Positions 16,600 through 26,650 of a stretch of 64,000 bases of DNA are shown in pieces. Position numbers and translations under genes: made by a program. The DNA is from Nitrospirota bacterium (GTDB taxonomy: Bacteria > Nitrospirota > UBA9217). Under the pieces are notes generated by a model. It made no database searches and was not told the origin of the DNA. It saw nothing but the letters and a program-made list of their open reading frames with translations. The number at the start of each line of letters is the position of its first letter. Positions within the stretch are counted from its first letter, which is position 1. The stretch is from assembly GCA_035516175.1 (NCBI GenBank), contig DATJAO010000008.1:1604-65603 (forward strand), written 5' to 3'.

Positions 16600-18746
16600 A
16601 AATGGATGCTCATGCCCGTTCGCAGGGATTCCATTACTTTAAACGTGACCAGAGACGTGCTGTACAACTCTTCGAAAGGGATTGGCGCTTTTTGGCCCTT
16701 GATGACCGAATCCAGAAACGTTCTGACCTCCGACTTCTGCCCCTTGTCTTGGCTCAAGAGCCCTCGTTCCTTCTTTTTACCTCTGGAGTAAATGGCGAGA
16801 GTCTTGAAATCATCGATCACCGCTGTGCATCCATGTGCATAAATTTCAACTCGTTCCTTGGGCAACCCCTTGTCCCCGTTGGACAGGTACGAGATCGTGC
16901 CGATGGAACCGTTTTCATACGAGAGAGAAATGTTTACAACGTCCTGCAGGTTTCTTGCGTCCTTCATCGCTTGGGCATGAACGTGCACCGGTAGCGACCC
17001 GTTCATAAAGGTGAGGAAATCGACGAAATGACACACTTCACCGATGATGCGACCGCCTCCGATCTCGGGATCCTGCATCCAGGAGTCAGCCGGAACGGCA
17101 CCTGCGTTCACGCGGTATATCATGGCCATCGAGCCGCTGCCGAACTTATCCTTGATCATCATCGCCAATGGCGAGAACCGACGGTTGTATCCCACCATAA
17201 GCAAAGGTGAATGGTCAAGCGTGCGTAAGCAGTGGGCAATCTCTGCGAGTTCCGTCTCCCGCGTACAAAGCGGTTTCTCAAGGAAAACATGCTTTCCAGC
17301 CCTGAGGGCCTTCAGCACATAATCGGCGTGTGATTCATGGCGGGTGGCGATGAATACCGTGTTGATGTTTTCGGTCTCGAGGATATCCTGTTCGTTGCTT
17401 ACACAGAACTCGAAGCCGAATCGGTCCCCAACCGACCGGGACCCCGTGCCCGTCACCGTCATGACCCCAACAAGCTTCACCCTGTCATTTTGAGCTATAT
17501 TGGGCAGCAAATGACTTTGCGCGTAACTGCCGGCTCCAATAAATCCGATAAAAGCACCTTTAGCCTTAAGCACTAACCCGTGATCCCGGTTGATCATGAT
17601 TCTATTATTTTGGACTGGTCTGTTTACATCGTATTCGATCAGGATGCCGATCACAGGCTCCGCTTTCGACAGCATCATATCGTAGGCTGCCTGGGCGTCG
17701 TCAAGCTTGAACACGTGAGTCGTGAGGTAGCTTACGTCCATCTTTCCTGAGGAAAGCAGCTCCTGGAATGCTTCCATGTTACGTTTTTCTGTCCACCGGA
17801 CGTATGCCGCAGGGTAATCAATACCCTTCACCTCATACTGCGGATCGTAGCGGCCCGGGCCGTAAGAGCAGGACATTCTGACCTGCAGCTCTTTGCGGTA
17901 AAAGTAAGGGTCGCGATCAAAACCCGTAGGCACCGCGCCGACGACGACAATCGTACCTCTCTTGCGGGCGATGGCGCCGGCGAAATTTATCGGATCCAAG
18001 GTATCTGTCGCTGCCGTTATGATTACCCCGTCGCAGCCGATCCCCTGCGTGAATTGCAATATGAGATCTTCAATACCGTCCGCATTTCTCTGCAGCGCAA
18101 TATCAACGCAGTGCTTTCCAGCGGTTTCCACCATCGTTGGATCAATATCTATGCCAATGACCCGGATGCCCGAAGCCCTTAAAAGCAGCGATGAAAGCTG
18201 GCCCAGGAGGCCAAGACCGATAACGGCGCAGGTTTCACCCAGCCGGAGGTCAGCCTGCCTTACACCCTGCATGGCAATGGCGCCAAGCGTGTTGTATGCC
18301 GCCTGTCTCAGATCGGATTCCCTCTGAAGCTTCACGCAGAGGTTTACGGGCACGGATACAAACTCCGCATGTGAAGCCGTCAATCCCCCACACGCAACAT
18401 GATCCCCGATGGCGAACTCCGTTACACGCTCGCCAATACTGACTATCTCGCCGGAACTCGAATACCCGAGCGGCGAGTAAGCATCGAGCTTCTTCATAAC
18501 GGCACGATAGGCCTGAGTCAGGCCCTGGCTCTGGATGACATCCATGACCTGCCTGACCTGCTGCGGTCGTGCTTTTGCTTTCTCGATCAGACTGCTCCGT
18601 GCGGCCTTAACGGTGCTCGTGTCTGTACCTACACTGATGAGAGAATAGTGGTTTCTGACCAGAACATGGCCTGCCTGCTGGGCAGGCACGGGCACTTCAA
18701 GTATCTGCATTTTCCCGTCTTTTAGTGTTTGCGTGAGCTGATGCAT
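16596..18746 (-). CDS. Bi-domain oxidoreductase: zinc-type alcohol dehydrogenase domain plus Gfo/Idh/MocA domain
   Basis: N-terminal MDR/ADH-like domain (GDHVACGG, VIGLGLLGQL). C-terminal Rossmann IGFIGAGSYAQSHLLPNI plus a Gfo/Idh/MocA-like remainder. ATG at 18746, after AGGAAG. Confidence 0.8.
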   Translation of the reverse strand: MHQLTQTLKDGKMQILEVPVPAQQAGHVLVRNHYSLISVGTDTSTVKAARSSLIEKAKARPQQVRQVMDVIQSQGLTQAYRAVMKKLDAYSPLGYSSSGEIVSIGERVTEFAIGDHVACGGLTASHAEFVSVPVNLCVKLQRESDLRQAAYNTLGAIAMQGVRQADLRLGETCAVIGLGLLGQLSSLLLRASGIRVIGIDIDPTMVETAGKHCVDIALQRNADGIEDLILQFTQGIGCDGVIITAATDTLDPINFAGAIARKRGTIVVVGAVPTGFDRDPYFYRKELQVRMSCSYGPGRYDPQYEVKGIDYPAAYVRWTEKRNMEAFQELLSSGKMDVSYLTTHVFKLDDAQAAYDMMLSKAEPVIGILIEYDVNRPVQNNRIMINRDHGLVLKAKGAFIGFIGAGSYAQSHLLPNIAQNDRVKLVGVMTVTGTGSRSVGDRFGFEFCVSNEQDILETENINTVFIATRHESHADYVLKALRAGKHVFLEKPLCTRETELAEIAHCLRTLDHSPLLMVGYNRRFSPLAMMIKDKFGSGSMAMIYRVNAGAVPADSWMQDPEIGGGRIIGEVCHFVDFLTFMNGSLPVHVHAQAMKDARNLQDVVNISLSYENGSIGTISYLSNGDKGLPKERVEIYAHGCTAVIDDFKTLAIYSRGKKKERGLLSQDKGQKSEVRTFLDSVIKGQKAPIPFEELYSTSLVTFKVMESLRTGMSIHL

Positions 18747-18757
18747 ATGGCTTCCTT

Positions 18758-21190
18758 TTAAGGGTTTGATACCCAGCAAAAAGCACCTATGTTCAGGCTG
18801 CCGATATTTGTAGAACAGATTCCCGAGTTATCACAAAGTGAACTTACTGTCTCAGGCCATTGACCGGCACCGATACATGGAGAACCTGACTGCAAATGAA
18901 AGTTCCAGCCTGCAGCATTGACAAAAAGCGGATCGCCTTTATTGGCAGGGTTCTGTCCATTTAAATCGGAATAATTTCCCCATATTGAGCCGGTAAACCA
19001 GTTTGCTGATCCCGTCGCTGTCTGCCCTCCACCTACGCTGAGACTGACTATCCCCGCATTACTGACAATATTATTGCGGATATCGGAACCGACCTGATCC
19101 TGAATGCCATACGTCGGAGATCCATAGATGGTATTACCATAGATTTTGGTTTGATCGGCGCTGATGTAAATCTTCGATCCATTGACCACGTTGCCTTCAA
19201 CGATATTCCCGGATCCGGAGGAAACGGAAAGGCCATAGCTTGTTTGGCCTGAAAGAGTGTTGCTCACTATAGTATGACCACCGGCACCGGCATCCACAGA
19301 AATCGCCGCAAAGCCCGAGCTAGCAGTTATCCGATTTCCGCGTACGGTATCCCCGCTTTCTCCGGTGTGTAAAACCAATGCAGAAGTGTTCGGACCTCCG
19401 CTTAGGGTAAAGGTATTATCCAAAAATTTTACGCCCGAGGAATTTACAGCATATGTTTGCGCTGACCATCCTCCGCTAAGTGTGCCGGAAAACGAATTGC
19501 CGGCAATTACCGCATCATTAGCAGTATCCAAAGAAAGAAGAGAAACTAAATTATTCCCGCTCCCGTTTAATATATTGCCTCCAAACTGTAATCCGGAAAT
19601 ATGACCGGATGCCGCGCCTCCTGCCAGACTTACCAAACCCGACTGATTTATTCCTGCATTCACGATGCTGAGGTTCGTAAATGTCCAGTTGTGATGAGAC
19701 GTGGTAAGACCTGATGCGACATTTGTGCTGCCATCTATGGCGAATCCTGAAATACCGTAGGATGCAGTGCCGATCGTGCCGCCATTTATCGTAACGTTCG
19801 TTATGTAACAGGGCGTGGCAACATCCGGCAGACCGTAAAAACAGACGTGGTCTGACAGGATGATTCCATATGCATCTAGGGGAACCCACGACCAGGGAGA
19901 CGCATTATATAGGCGTAAACCAATATTATCAATATTGACGTTGCTGATCGTGACATTATTGATTCCACCTGAGCCATTCGCAATCAGTGCAATGCCGCTA
20001 TAACAATCTGAGATTGTGAGATTATTGACCGTTGTATTCTGGGAAGGGGCAGCCTCGGTATTGCTCCCGGGACCGTTATAATTGTCGGACTGGGATTCTA
20101 TATGAAACGCCGCCTCAGGTATAGCTGAAGTGCAGTGTTCGATATCGACATTACTTATGTTTGCATTATTCGTATTATACACAACCACCCCCGCATTTCC
20201 TACATTCGATGCAGTGATGTTGTCGATCTTCACACCGTCGTACGCGGCAATTGATACTCCTATATAATCCGCCCCGTTGATTACGATATCATGTATGTAC
20301 ATATTAGGTGTTGTCGTCAGCGCAGGCTCGATATACTGGTCATTTGTCGTAATGCCATATACACCGATAGCGTCTTGTGTAACACGAGCCATTCCGCCCG
20401 CGCTATATACGGAATCTAGTGTTCCGCCCGTGTCACTTAAACAGGAGCCCTTACTGTCCGTCGTTCTGCCCTGCAAGCCATTGAATGTGAATCCGGCTAT
20501 TTCTATATTAGGCCCCGGGCCGTTTGTGTTGTGATGATAAAGCCAGACACCTCCGCCGCCAACTTGTCCATGCCATTTGCAATAATTTGCACGCGATAAT
20601 TGCATAGTGAGAGCTGTCTTTCCTGCTCCACTGCCGATAATGCGCAGACGGTTTATAGGGTTTGTATCGTGATTTACGAAAATTGAGTCCCAATCCCAAC
20701 CATGGGGACCGCTGTCTGCGCTTTTGGCTGATCCGTAGTATCCTGCGGTGCCCGACACAGCCTGCGCATCGGACAGGCTATACCACGTTCCCGGCGGAAT
20801 ATATAATGTCCCGCAGAACTGCCCTTTCTCATCCGTCTTGGGCGTTGTTGGGCAAAGCATTTGCAACAGCATGCTGAGGTCATGCCAGTCAAGCGTTCCG
20901 GACCTGTCATAATCGCCAGCAATAATGCTATGAATTTTGCCGTCACCCACTGTGTCAAATATTCGGTACGTGAACAACAATGGATTCGCTGATACGGCTA
21001 TAGCCCTAACATGGGCCTCAGTATATCCGGTTTCAAGGATGGGAGGACTGGCATTTGTGTTCTGGTCGTTTGACACGTTCTGCCTTTCAGCTTGGCTGAT
21101 ACCACCGCCACCCGTACTACCTCCGCAGCCGGATGACAATATTGCAACCAGTATAAAATGCAAGAGTAAATTTAGCTGCCATCGTCTCAT
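18758..21190 (-). CDS. Secreted lipoprotein with right-handed parallel beta-helix repeats (pectate-lyase/NosD-like fold); candidate polysaccharide-modifying enzyme
   Basis: Lipobox AILSSGCGG after the ATG at 21190 (GGAGGG upstream). Long runs of N/G/S/T-rich ~22-aa repeats (e.g. NVTISNVNIDNIG, TFTNLSIVNAGIN, GNRITASSGFAAISV). N-terminal dockerin/EF-hand-like stretch GDYDRSGTLDWHDLSMLLQML. Confidence 0.7.
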   Translation of the reverse strand: MRRWQLNLLLHFILVAILSSGCGGSTGGGGISQAERQNVSNDQNTNASPPILETGYTEAHVRAIAVSANPLLFTYRIFDTVGDGKIHSIIAGDYDRSGTLDWHDLSMLLQMLCPTTPKTDEKGQFCGTLYIPPGTWYSLSDAQAVSGTAGYYGSAKSADSGPHGWDWDSIFVNHDTNPINRLRIIGSGAGKTALTMQLSRANYCKWHGQVGGGGVWLYHHNTNGPGPNIEIAGFTFNGLQGRTTDSKGSCLSDTGGTLDSVYSAGGMARVTQDAIGVYGITTNDQYIEPALTTTPNMYIHDIVINGADYIGVSIAAYDGVKIDNITASNVGNAGVVVYNTNNANISNVDIEHCTSAIPEAAFHIESQSDNYNGPGSNTEAAPSQNTTVNNLTISDCYSGIALIANGSGGINNVTISNVNIDNIGLRLYNASPWSWVPLDAYGIILSDHVCFYGLPDVATPCYITNVTINGGTIGTASYGISGFAIDGSTNVASGLTTSHHNWTFTNLSIVNAGINQSGLVSLAGGAASGHISGLQFGGNILNGSGNNLVSLLSLDTANDAVIAGNSFSGTLSGGWSAQTYAVNSSGVKFLDNTFTLSGGPNTSALVLHTGESGDTVRGNRITASSGFAAISVDAGAGGHTIVSNTLSGQTSYGLSVSSGSGNIVEGNVVNGSKIYISADQTKIYGNTIYGSPTYGIQDQVGSDIRNNIVSNAGIVSLSVGGGQTATGSANWFTGSIWGNYSDLNGQNPANKGDPLFVNAAGWNFHLQSGSPCIGAGQWPETVSSLCDNSGICSTNIGSLNIGAFCWVSNP

Positions 21191-21530
21191 GCTCGCCCTC
21201 CAGTGCTGCTGATAAAACGGACGGACTTTGATCTGACTCCCACTTGAGGTTGTCCGCCTAGCGGCCACAATGGTTGGTCACTTCCGTTTTTTCTTTATCC
21301 AACTTTAGATAGGACGAAGCGAAGCTTGCCTCGCATAGTCGTTTCAATCGAACGACGTAAGCGAGTTCAATGTTGGCCCGTTAGGACCAATTGCTTTCGG
21401 TCCTTGTTGAGAAGCTGATTCTCATTGTAATTGGAATAGTTTCATCCCTTCACTACTCGAAAGAAAATTTCGAACCTGTCCTGATAGACCGAACACTCAT
21501 TGACGTTGATCATGGCTTTGAAAGTGAATC

Positions 21531-21560
21531 TCCCCCAGCAGGAGCTGGGGGCATTTTTTA
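21531..21560 (+). terminator. Perfect intrinsic-terminator hairpin oriented for the plus strand, inside a 500-bp non-coding gap
   Basis: CCCCCAGC-AGGA-GCTGGGGG (8-bp GC-rich stem, 4-nt loop), followed by CATTTTTTA on the plus strand. On the minus strand the tail is only AGAUUCACUUUC. Confidence 0.5.
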
Positions 21561-21694
21561 TGTTACATGCAAAACTTAGCATGAGCCCCGCGGGCTGCCG
21601 CTCCATCACCAGACAGGAGTCTAGTGTTTTATGCGGCTCAATAAGATTCATTTCAGAGTCAGTTGTTCCATGAGAAATACCCTTTTTTGTTGAA

Positions 21695-23590
21695 CTAAAC
21701 ATTTTTAAACCAGTAGTTATGCCACAATGCCAAGTTCAGCAAATTCCATAATTTGAAACTGTTGAACCTTTTATTTCGCTCATGACTATTGAATATATTC
21801 TCAATATACGAAACGTTGAAAAGCTCTTTTATGAGGTTGCTGTCAAAGATGACGTCTCTGGCAAACTTTACTATTCTCGGCGTCACCATATTGGTTGCTG
21901 AACCGCAGAAACCCCATTTATTCCGGTATATAATTTCATGCGGCAGAATCCCCTCAGCCGCTTTCTTCAATATATATTTAAACGTACCATTTCTCTGCTT
22001 CATGGCTAGAGGAATGGTAAGAGCGAACTCCACAAGATCCTCATCCAGGAACGGGACTCGGGTCTCGATTGCATGGGCCATGCTCATCTTATCCACCCGC
22101 ATAAGCAACAACTCAGGAAGTCGATTCTTAAGCTCGATCTGGATGATCGAGGAAATAGAATCCGAGGAGAATCCCCCTGTCTTCAGTTGCTTTATATATG
22201 CACTGGAGAAGGTCTTGTCCCCGCAGGATTTAAGCAAAAGCCTTTTTTCCTCATCCCAAAAGGCGATCGCATTACCCGTGAAAAGTGGCTCATTGCAGCT
22301 TGCTCGACGGAACATGTCTGCTGCATAAGGAGTTAGCATATTCCGGGCTGTCCTATAGAAGCAGGATCTCAATACTGCCGGTGTCTCAAGGAAGTATTGA
22401 TAGAAATACCGGTTCACCCGGTCGAATTTATGATACATGCCATAACCGGCAAATATTTCATCACTGCCTTCCCCAATCTGGATTACCGGAGTTCCTGCGT
22501 CACGGGCCAGCTTTGACAGGTAGTAAAGTGGTACACACACGGGATCGGCAAGCGGCTCGTCCTGATAGTAGGGCAACTTCGGCAGAAAGGATATAAAGTC
22601 CATGTCGTTGATAAAGAGCTCATGGTGATCGGCTTTGAAATGTTGGGCTGTTCTATGCGCCGCGACGAATTCATTCGATGGATCGCCTTCAATGCCGACC
22701 GTGAACGCCTGAACAGGCCTATCCATGATCTCAGCCATTAGGGCAACATTGAGTGAGGAGTCAAGCCCTCCGCTGAGGAAAACACCGAAGGGAACATCGG
22801 AAACCATGCGGCGTGCGACAGCCTGCCTCAACAGCCTTCTCGTCTCCTCTATACAATCCTTCTCTGTGATATTGAAATTGTCCGGCCCAAACTTCGAGGG
22901 ATCCCAATACCGCACTCTTCTTGCATTGCCATTCTTTTCGAACTTCAGGTAAGTTCCCGCTTCCAGTTTCTGCACCCCGTGGAAGATGGTTCCCGGCGCT
23001 GGAGTATTCGCAAAGGTCAGGTAATGGAAAAGGCCCTGTTGATCAATCTTTTTCCCGAAATCCGGGAGCGCCAGGATGGCCTTAATCTCTGAGGCAAAAG
23101 CGACGATGCCGTTATCATTGCTGTAGTACAGAGGTTTGATGCCGAGACGGTCGCGCACCAGGGTCAACGAGTGGTCTTGTCTATCATAAAGCGCAAATGC
23201 GAACATGCCCCTGAAACATCTTAGCGCACCTTCGAGGCCCCATTCGTGGACCGCATGAAGGATGACCTCCGTATCGGTCTTTGATCGGAATGAATATTTT
23301 CCGGTCTTCTCCAGCTCCTCGCGAAGAGACTGAAAATTGAAGATTTCACCGTTGAACGTTACCCATAGACGACCATCGGCCGTACTCATGGGCTGTCGTC
23401 CAAGGGGGGAAAGATCGATTATTGACAGCCGTCGATGACCGAGACCCGCATAGAATCCACCTTCATTCGTTACATAAGTGCCCGCATCATCCGGTCCCCG
23501 ATGCTGCATTGTATCGCGCATCGCGGAGAGTTCAGCGGCAGAGAGCGACCAACCTGGCCTCGTGGAAAACACCCCGACTATGCCACACAT
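21695..23590 (-). CDS. asnB: Asparagine synthetase (glutamine-hydrolysing)-type amidotransferase of the kind associated with exosortase EPS loci
   Basis: N-terminal nucleophile MCGIVG and PP-loop FLSGGLDSS. 631 aa. Confidence 0.9.
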   Translation of the reverse strand: MCGIVGVFSTRPGWSLSAAELSAMRDTMQHRGPDDAGTYVTNEGGFYAGLGHRRLSIIDLSPLGRQPMSTADGRLWVTFNGEIFNFQSLREELEKTGKYSFRSKTDTEVILHAVHEWGLEGALRCFRGMFAFALYDRQDHSLTLVRDRLGIKPLYYSNDNGIVAFASEIKAILALPDFGKKIDQQGLFHYLTFANTPAPGTIFHGVQKLEAGTYLKFEKNGNARRVRYWDPSKFGPDNFNITEKDCIEETRRLLRQAVARRMVSDVPFGVFLSGGLDSSLNVALMAEIMDRPVQAFTVGIEGDPSNEFVAAHRTAQHFKADHHELFINDMDFISFLPKLPYYQDEPLADPVCVPLYYLSKLARDAGTPVIQIGEGSDEIFAGYGMYHKFDRVNRYFYQYFLETPAVLRSCFYRTARNMLTPYAADMFRRASCNEPLFTGNAIAFWDEEKRLLLKSCGDKTFSSAYIKQLKTGGFSSDSISSIIQIELKNRLPELLLMRVDKMSMAHAIETRVPFLDEDLVEFALTIPLAMKQRNGTFKYILKKAAEGILPHEIIYRNKWGFCGSATNMVTPRIVKFARDVIFDSNLIKELFNVSYIENIFNSHERNKRFNSFKLWNLLNLALWHNYWFKNV

Positions 23591-23873
23591 GGCGAAGCTC
23601 CAACGGTGAACGACGTCTTATCAGGTTCCTTCTGCATATAATCAAGAATGGACTTATTGGCTTTTATAAACATAACCCCTGGATAATTTAAGCTATCGCC
23701 TGCAGAATCATGAACGATAAGAATTGATAACCGTCTCATAATGAAGGTGTTTACCTCTATCGAGCCGCTTGGAACGCAGGGCAGACGGTTCCTTTCCACT
23801 ACATTGCATTGTGCGTGACCCACTCATAATAGCGAAGGTCTATGACTGACTTCCAGACCGCCCCACTCCACCG

Positions 23874-24044
23874 CTAGTAAGTCGCTGCCATACGTCCAGT
23901 GGACAAGAGGAAATCAGCTTTCTGAATGACCTGTAGATCTGTGGGTCGTCGGCAATTATGACCTTGCCCGTACCAAATGGTCGAGCACCCGCCGAAGAAG
24001 AGAGCTAAGAACCACAGGATGAATAATAAGACACTCCCAGTCAT
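23874..24044 (-). CDS. Candidate 56-aa secreted or lipoprotein-like peptide in an otherwise non-coding gap
   Basis: ATG at 24044-24042, with AGGAG 7 nt upstream. Sequence MTGSVLLFILWFLALFFGGCSTIWYGQGHNCRRPTDLQVIQKADFLLSTGRMAATY: a hydrophobic leader ending in GGC, with two Cys in the mature part. No homology recognised. Confidence 0.25.
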   Translation of the reverse strand: MTGSVLLFILWFLALFFGGCSTIWYGQGHNCRRPTDLQVIQKADFLLSTGRMAATY

Positions 24045-24198
24045 CAGACCGCTCCTCGTGTAATTCCAGCACTCAATTAGGTTTAGTCTGACCGTATCGC
24101 CCCGGTGAATCGATCTTAAAATGTCGTCCGGAAGCACTTCAGCAGAGCGGAATTATCGTAAGATGATTCCGCGACCACAGTGACCTTGCTTGACATAT

Positions 24199-25509
24199 CT
24201 AGCCTCCAGCCATTGCCGTTATCTCGTTCACCGCAGAGTGCTGCGAAGATTCGCTGTCAGCCGTTGGTTCGAGTCCATCAACCCCTCGCAGCGCCAGACC
24301 CACAAAGCCCCAAACAAATATCTGGTAACCCGGGTAGGCACCGGGGACCAGACCCAATGCATCAATCATCCACATGCCTACAAGCATGACCGCCATCGTG
24401 TTCAGCGGTGACGGCACACGTCCGCACTTGACCACAACGCGGATTGCCATGGCCCCCAGAAGCATCAGGTAGAGCATCAACCCAAAGATGCCGGTTCCGA
24501 GAAGAGCACGAATAAAATCATTGTGGGCTCCCGTATGAGAGGACCCATCGCCAACAAGTTGAAGAGCAATTGGCGCTTCAGCGAAGTTTTTCATCAAAAA
24601 TTTCCATCCTCCAATCCGCCCCTGGAACATCCTGTCAGTTTTTTCCTTTCCCTGCATTGCATTGATTTCCTTGGAGTAGACTGTATCCAGGGTTGAAAAC
24701 TGACTTTTCATGAGCAATGCCGCGGCTAGGATCAGTAATACTATCAAACCCAGTCGCATGAACTTTCGCTGGAATGCATTCCAGATAAGGAGCCATTCGG
24801 CAATGATAAGATAGCCTGCTTTGGAATAGATCCTGTAAACCGTAAACACCGAGACGGCCGTCAATACCAGCAGAAAGCTTCTCGATAGAAAACGAATACC
24901 CGACAGGAAGTAGAACCAATAAAGCGCCACCGCTGCTAACGTCTGGAAGCAGTAGAAGCGAAGAGTGTAGGCGTCGTGGTAGAAACCGATGTTCCTGACC
25001 AGCCCCCCGATTGTAGCCTCGGAACGTATCACACCTCCAAGGATATTCTGGTAAACCGACATGCCCAGCGGCGTTAGGCCAGCAGCAATGTGGGCGACCA
25101 ACAAAGCGTGGAAATCTTTTTTCGTTTTGAAAAATTCCTGAAAAAGAAAAAACCCTATGAATCCGTTAAATGCCCGGAAGAAATAATCCGTCGCCAATAA
25201 TAAGTCATTGCCTACCGTCATTATCACGGCTACGCCGAAAAGCTGAAAATAAATATAAAAGACCCAGAGCGTTGACAAAGGGGCTCGATGGAAGCCATGT
25301 TCCTGAGACATGATCATTTTGAAAAAAATCAGTGTAGGCAGCAGGACACCAAAGAGCTCCGGTGGCCTGATGCCGGCAATACCATATTTGTAATCGTAAA
25401 AGCAATCAATGACGGGCCTGATCAGGACTGCGACCAGAATCGCCTTCTTTGTATCCAGGAGCAAGGTAACGACAAAAACAAAAATTAAGAAATAGGGTAA
25501 GACTATCAT
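24199..25509 (-). CDS. O-antigen ligase/polymerase-like (Wzy_C domain) polytopic membrane protein
   Basis: About 10-12 TM segments. Motif SSHTGAHNDFIRALLGTGIFGL is typical of the O-antigen ligase family. Confidence 0.7.
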   Translation of the reverse strand: MIVLPYFLIFVFVVTLLLDTKKAILVAVLIRPVIDCFYDYKYGIAGIRPPELFGVLLPTLIFFKMIMSQEHGFHRAPLSTLWVFYIYFQLFGVAVIMTVGNDLLLATDYFFRAFNGFIGFFLFQEFFKTKKDFHALLVAHIAAGLTPLGMSVYQNILGGVIRSEATIGGLVRNIGFYHDAYTLRFYCFQTLAAVALYWFYFLSGIRFLSRSFLLVLTAVSVFTVYRIYSKAGYLIIAEWLLIWNAFQRKFMRLGLIVLLILAAALLMKSQFSTLDTVYSKEINAMQGKEKTDRMFQGRIGGWKFLMKNFAEAPIALQLVGDGSSHTGAHNDFIRALLGTGIFGLMLYLMLLGAMAIRVVVKCGRVPSPLNTMAVMLVGMWMIDALGLVPGAYPGYQIFVWGFVGLALRGVDGLEPTADSESSQHSAVNEITAMAGG

Positions 25510-25516
25510 CTGGAAT

Positions 25517-26644
25517 TTATCTTCTTTTTATGCATTTTTCTAATATACTGCAGAGGTTTTCCTCAAAATGCCCCAGCGTATATTGGGACAGATATCGTTC
25601 CCTGCCGGCTTTCCCCATTCGTTCTCGCAAACCCCGATCAGTTAGCAGCAATGCCAGTCGATCAGCCACTATCAGCGGATTCAGGCGGGGAACAAGAAAA
25701 CCGGTCACACTATCCTGAATCATATCCGGGATTGCACCTTCATACGTGGCAAGCACCGGCAGACCATGGCCCATTGCTTCCAGAACTACGAGCGGATAGG
25801 CATCGTTATAGGTCGGAAAGGCCATGATATCTGCCTCTGCAAAGGTTCGCCACTTGTCATCGCCGTATCGAGGACCACAGAATTCTGTCAGCTCCTGCAA
25901 CTGATTCTCGTGCAAGATTTTGCCGAACTCAGTTTCCACCGCCTTTGACTCCCAGGCACCGGCAAAAGAAGCGCGAAACGGGACGCCCCGCTGCTTCAAT
26001 AATTTAAGCGCCTCCAGCAGGATAAAAATCCCTTTGTTCACGAACAGATTGGAGAAGAAGAGGATGCGCGGCACCCCATCCCTGTGTACGGTGTCGGTTT
26101 CCCGTCCTTTTAACGGATCTACTATGCCGTTGGCCAGAAAATGGCACTGCTTGCGTTTCACCACCTGGGAAGCGTCCTCGTAGAGCGATGGTGAGAGCAG
26201 TACTACCTGGGCTCCTTGAAATGCCCATGTATAGAGAGCCTTTTTCAGCGGGCCTGTCATTGCCTGGGCAATCCCCTTTCCATGCAAGTGGTAAAGGCGA
26301 CGGGCTCCACAAAGCTTCATGATCGCCACATAGAGCAGGTCCCGATAGAAAGCTCTGCCATTTGGAGTCAAAGTGAAATAAACGAGTTCCGGCCGGCGCA
26401 CAAGGCAGTGCCGGGCAAGATCCCTCACTTGGGAAACGATCAGGAGAAGCTTAGCTGGCCGCAGTTTGCCAATATCTTCGATCGATGAGGCGCTCTTCAG
26501 TGGCAACACTTCGAGTTGGAAATGTTCCCTCAGCAAATGTGAATTCACTACCTGCTCACCCATGATTGTTACGCCATTCACAGGCGGGGGGAGATGGGCC
26601 ATGCAAAGTATCAACGGTTTCCCGTAACTTGCAATTTTCGCCAT
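25517..26644 (-). CDS. GT4-family glycosyltransferase
   Basis: C-terminal GT-B motif DAYPLVVLEAMGHGLPVLATYEGAIPDMIQDSVTGFLV. Confidence 0.8.
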   Translation of the reverse strand: MAKIASYGKPLILCMAHLPPPVNGVTIMGEQVVNSHLLREHFQLEVLPLKSASSIEDIGKLRPAKLLLIVSQVRDLARHCLVRRPELVYFTLTPNGRAFYRDLLYVAIMKLCGARRLYHLHGKGIAQAMTGPLKKALYTWAFQGAQVVLLSPSLYEDASQVVKRKQCHFLANGIVDPLKGRETDTVHRDGVPRILFFSNLFVNKGIFILLEALKLLKQRGVPFRASFAGAWESKAVETEFGKILHENQLQELTEFCGPRYGDDKWRTFAEADIMAFPTYNDAYPLVVLEAMGHGLPVLATYEGAIPDMIQDSVTGFLVPRLNPLIVADRLALLLTDRGLRERMGKAGRERYLSQYTLGHFEENLCSILEKCIKRR

Positions 26645-26650
26645 GGTCGT

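Noticed and set aside
18758-21268. Beta-helix protein or other secreted proteins as the PEP-CTERM substrate of the local exosortase
   Set aside because: Their C-termini (e.g. ...NIGAFCWVSNP, ...SRASRPPDRME) lack a PEP-like motif followed by a TM helix and a basic cluster.
21391-21579. 62-aa plus-strand ORF (TTG start) in the 21.2-21.7 kb gap, and the 86-aa minus-strand ORF at 21442-21702
   Set aside because: Both read through the GC-rich terminator hairpin, lack a Shine-Dalgarno, and have no recognisable motifs. The gap is treated as non-coding.
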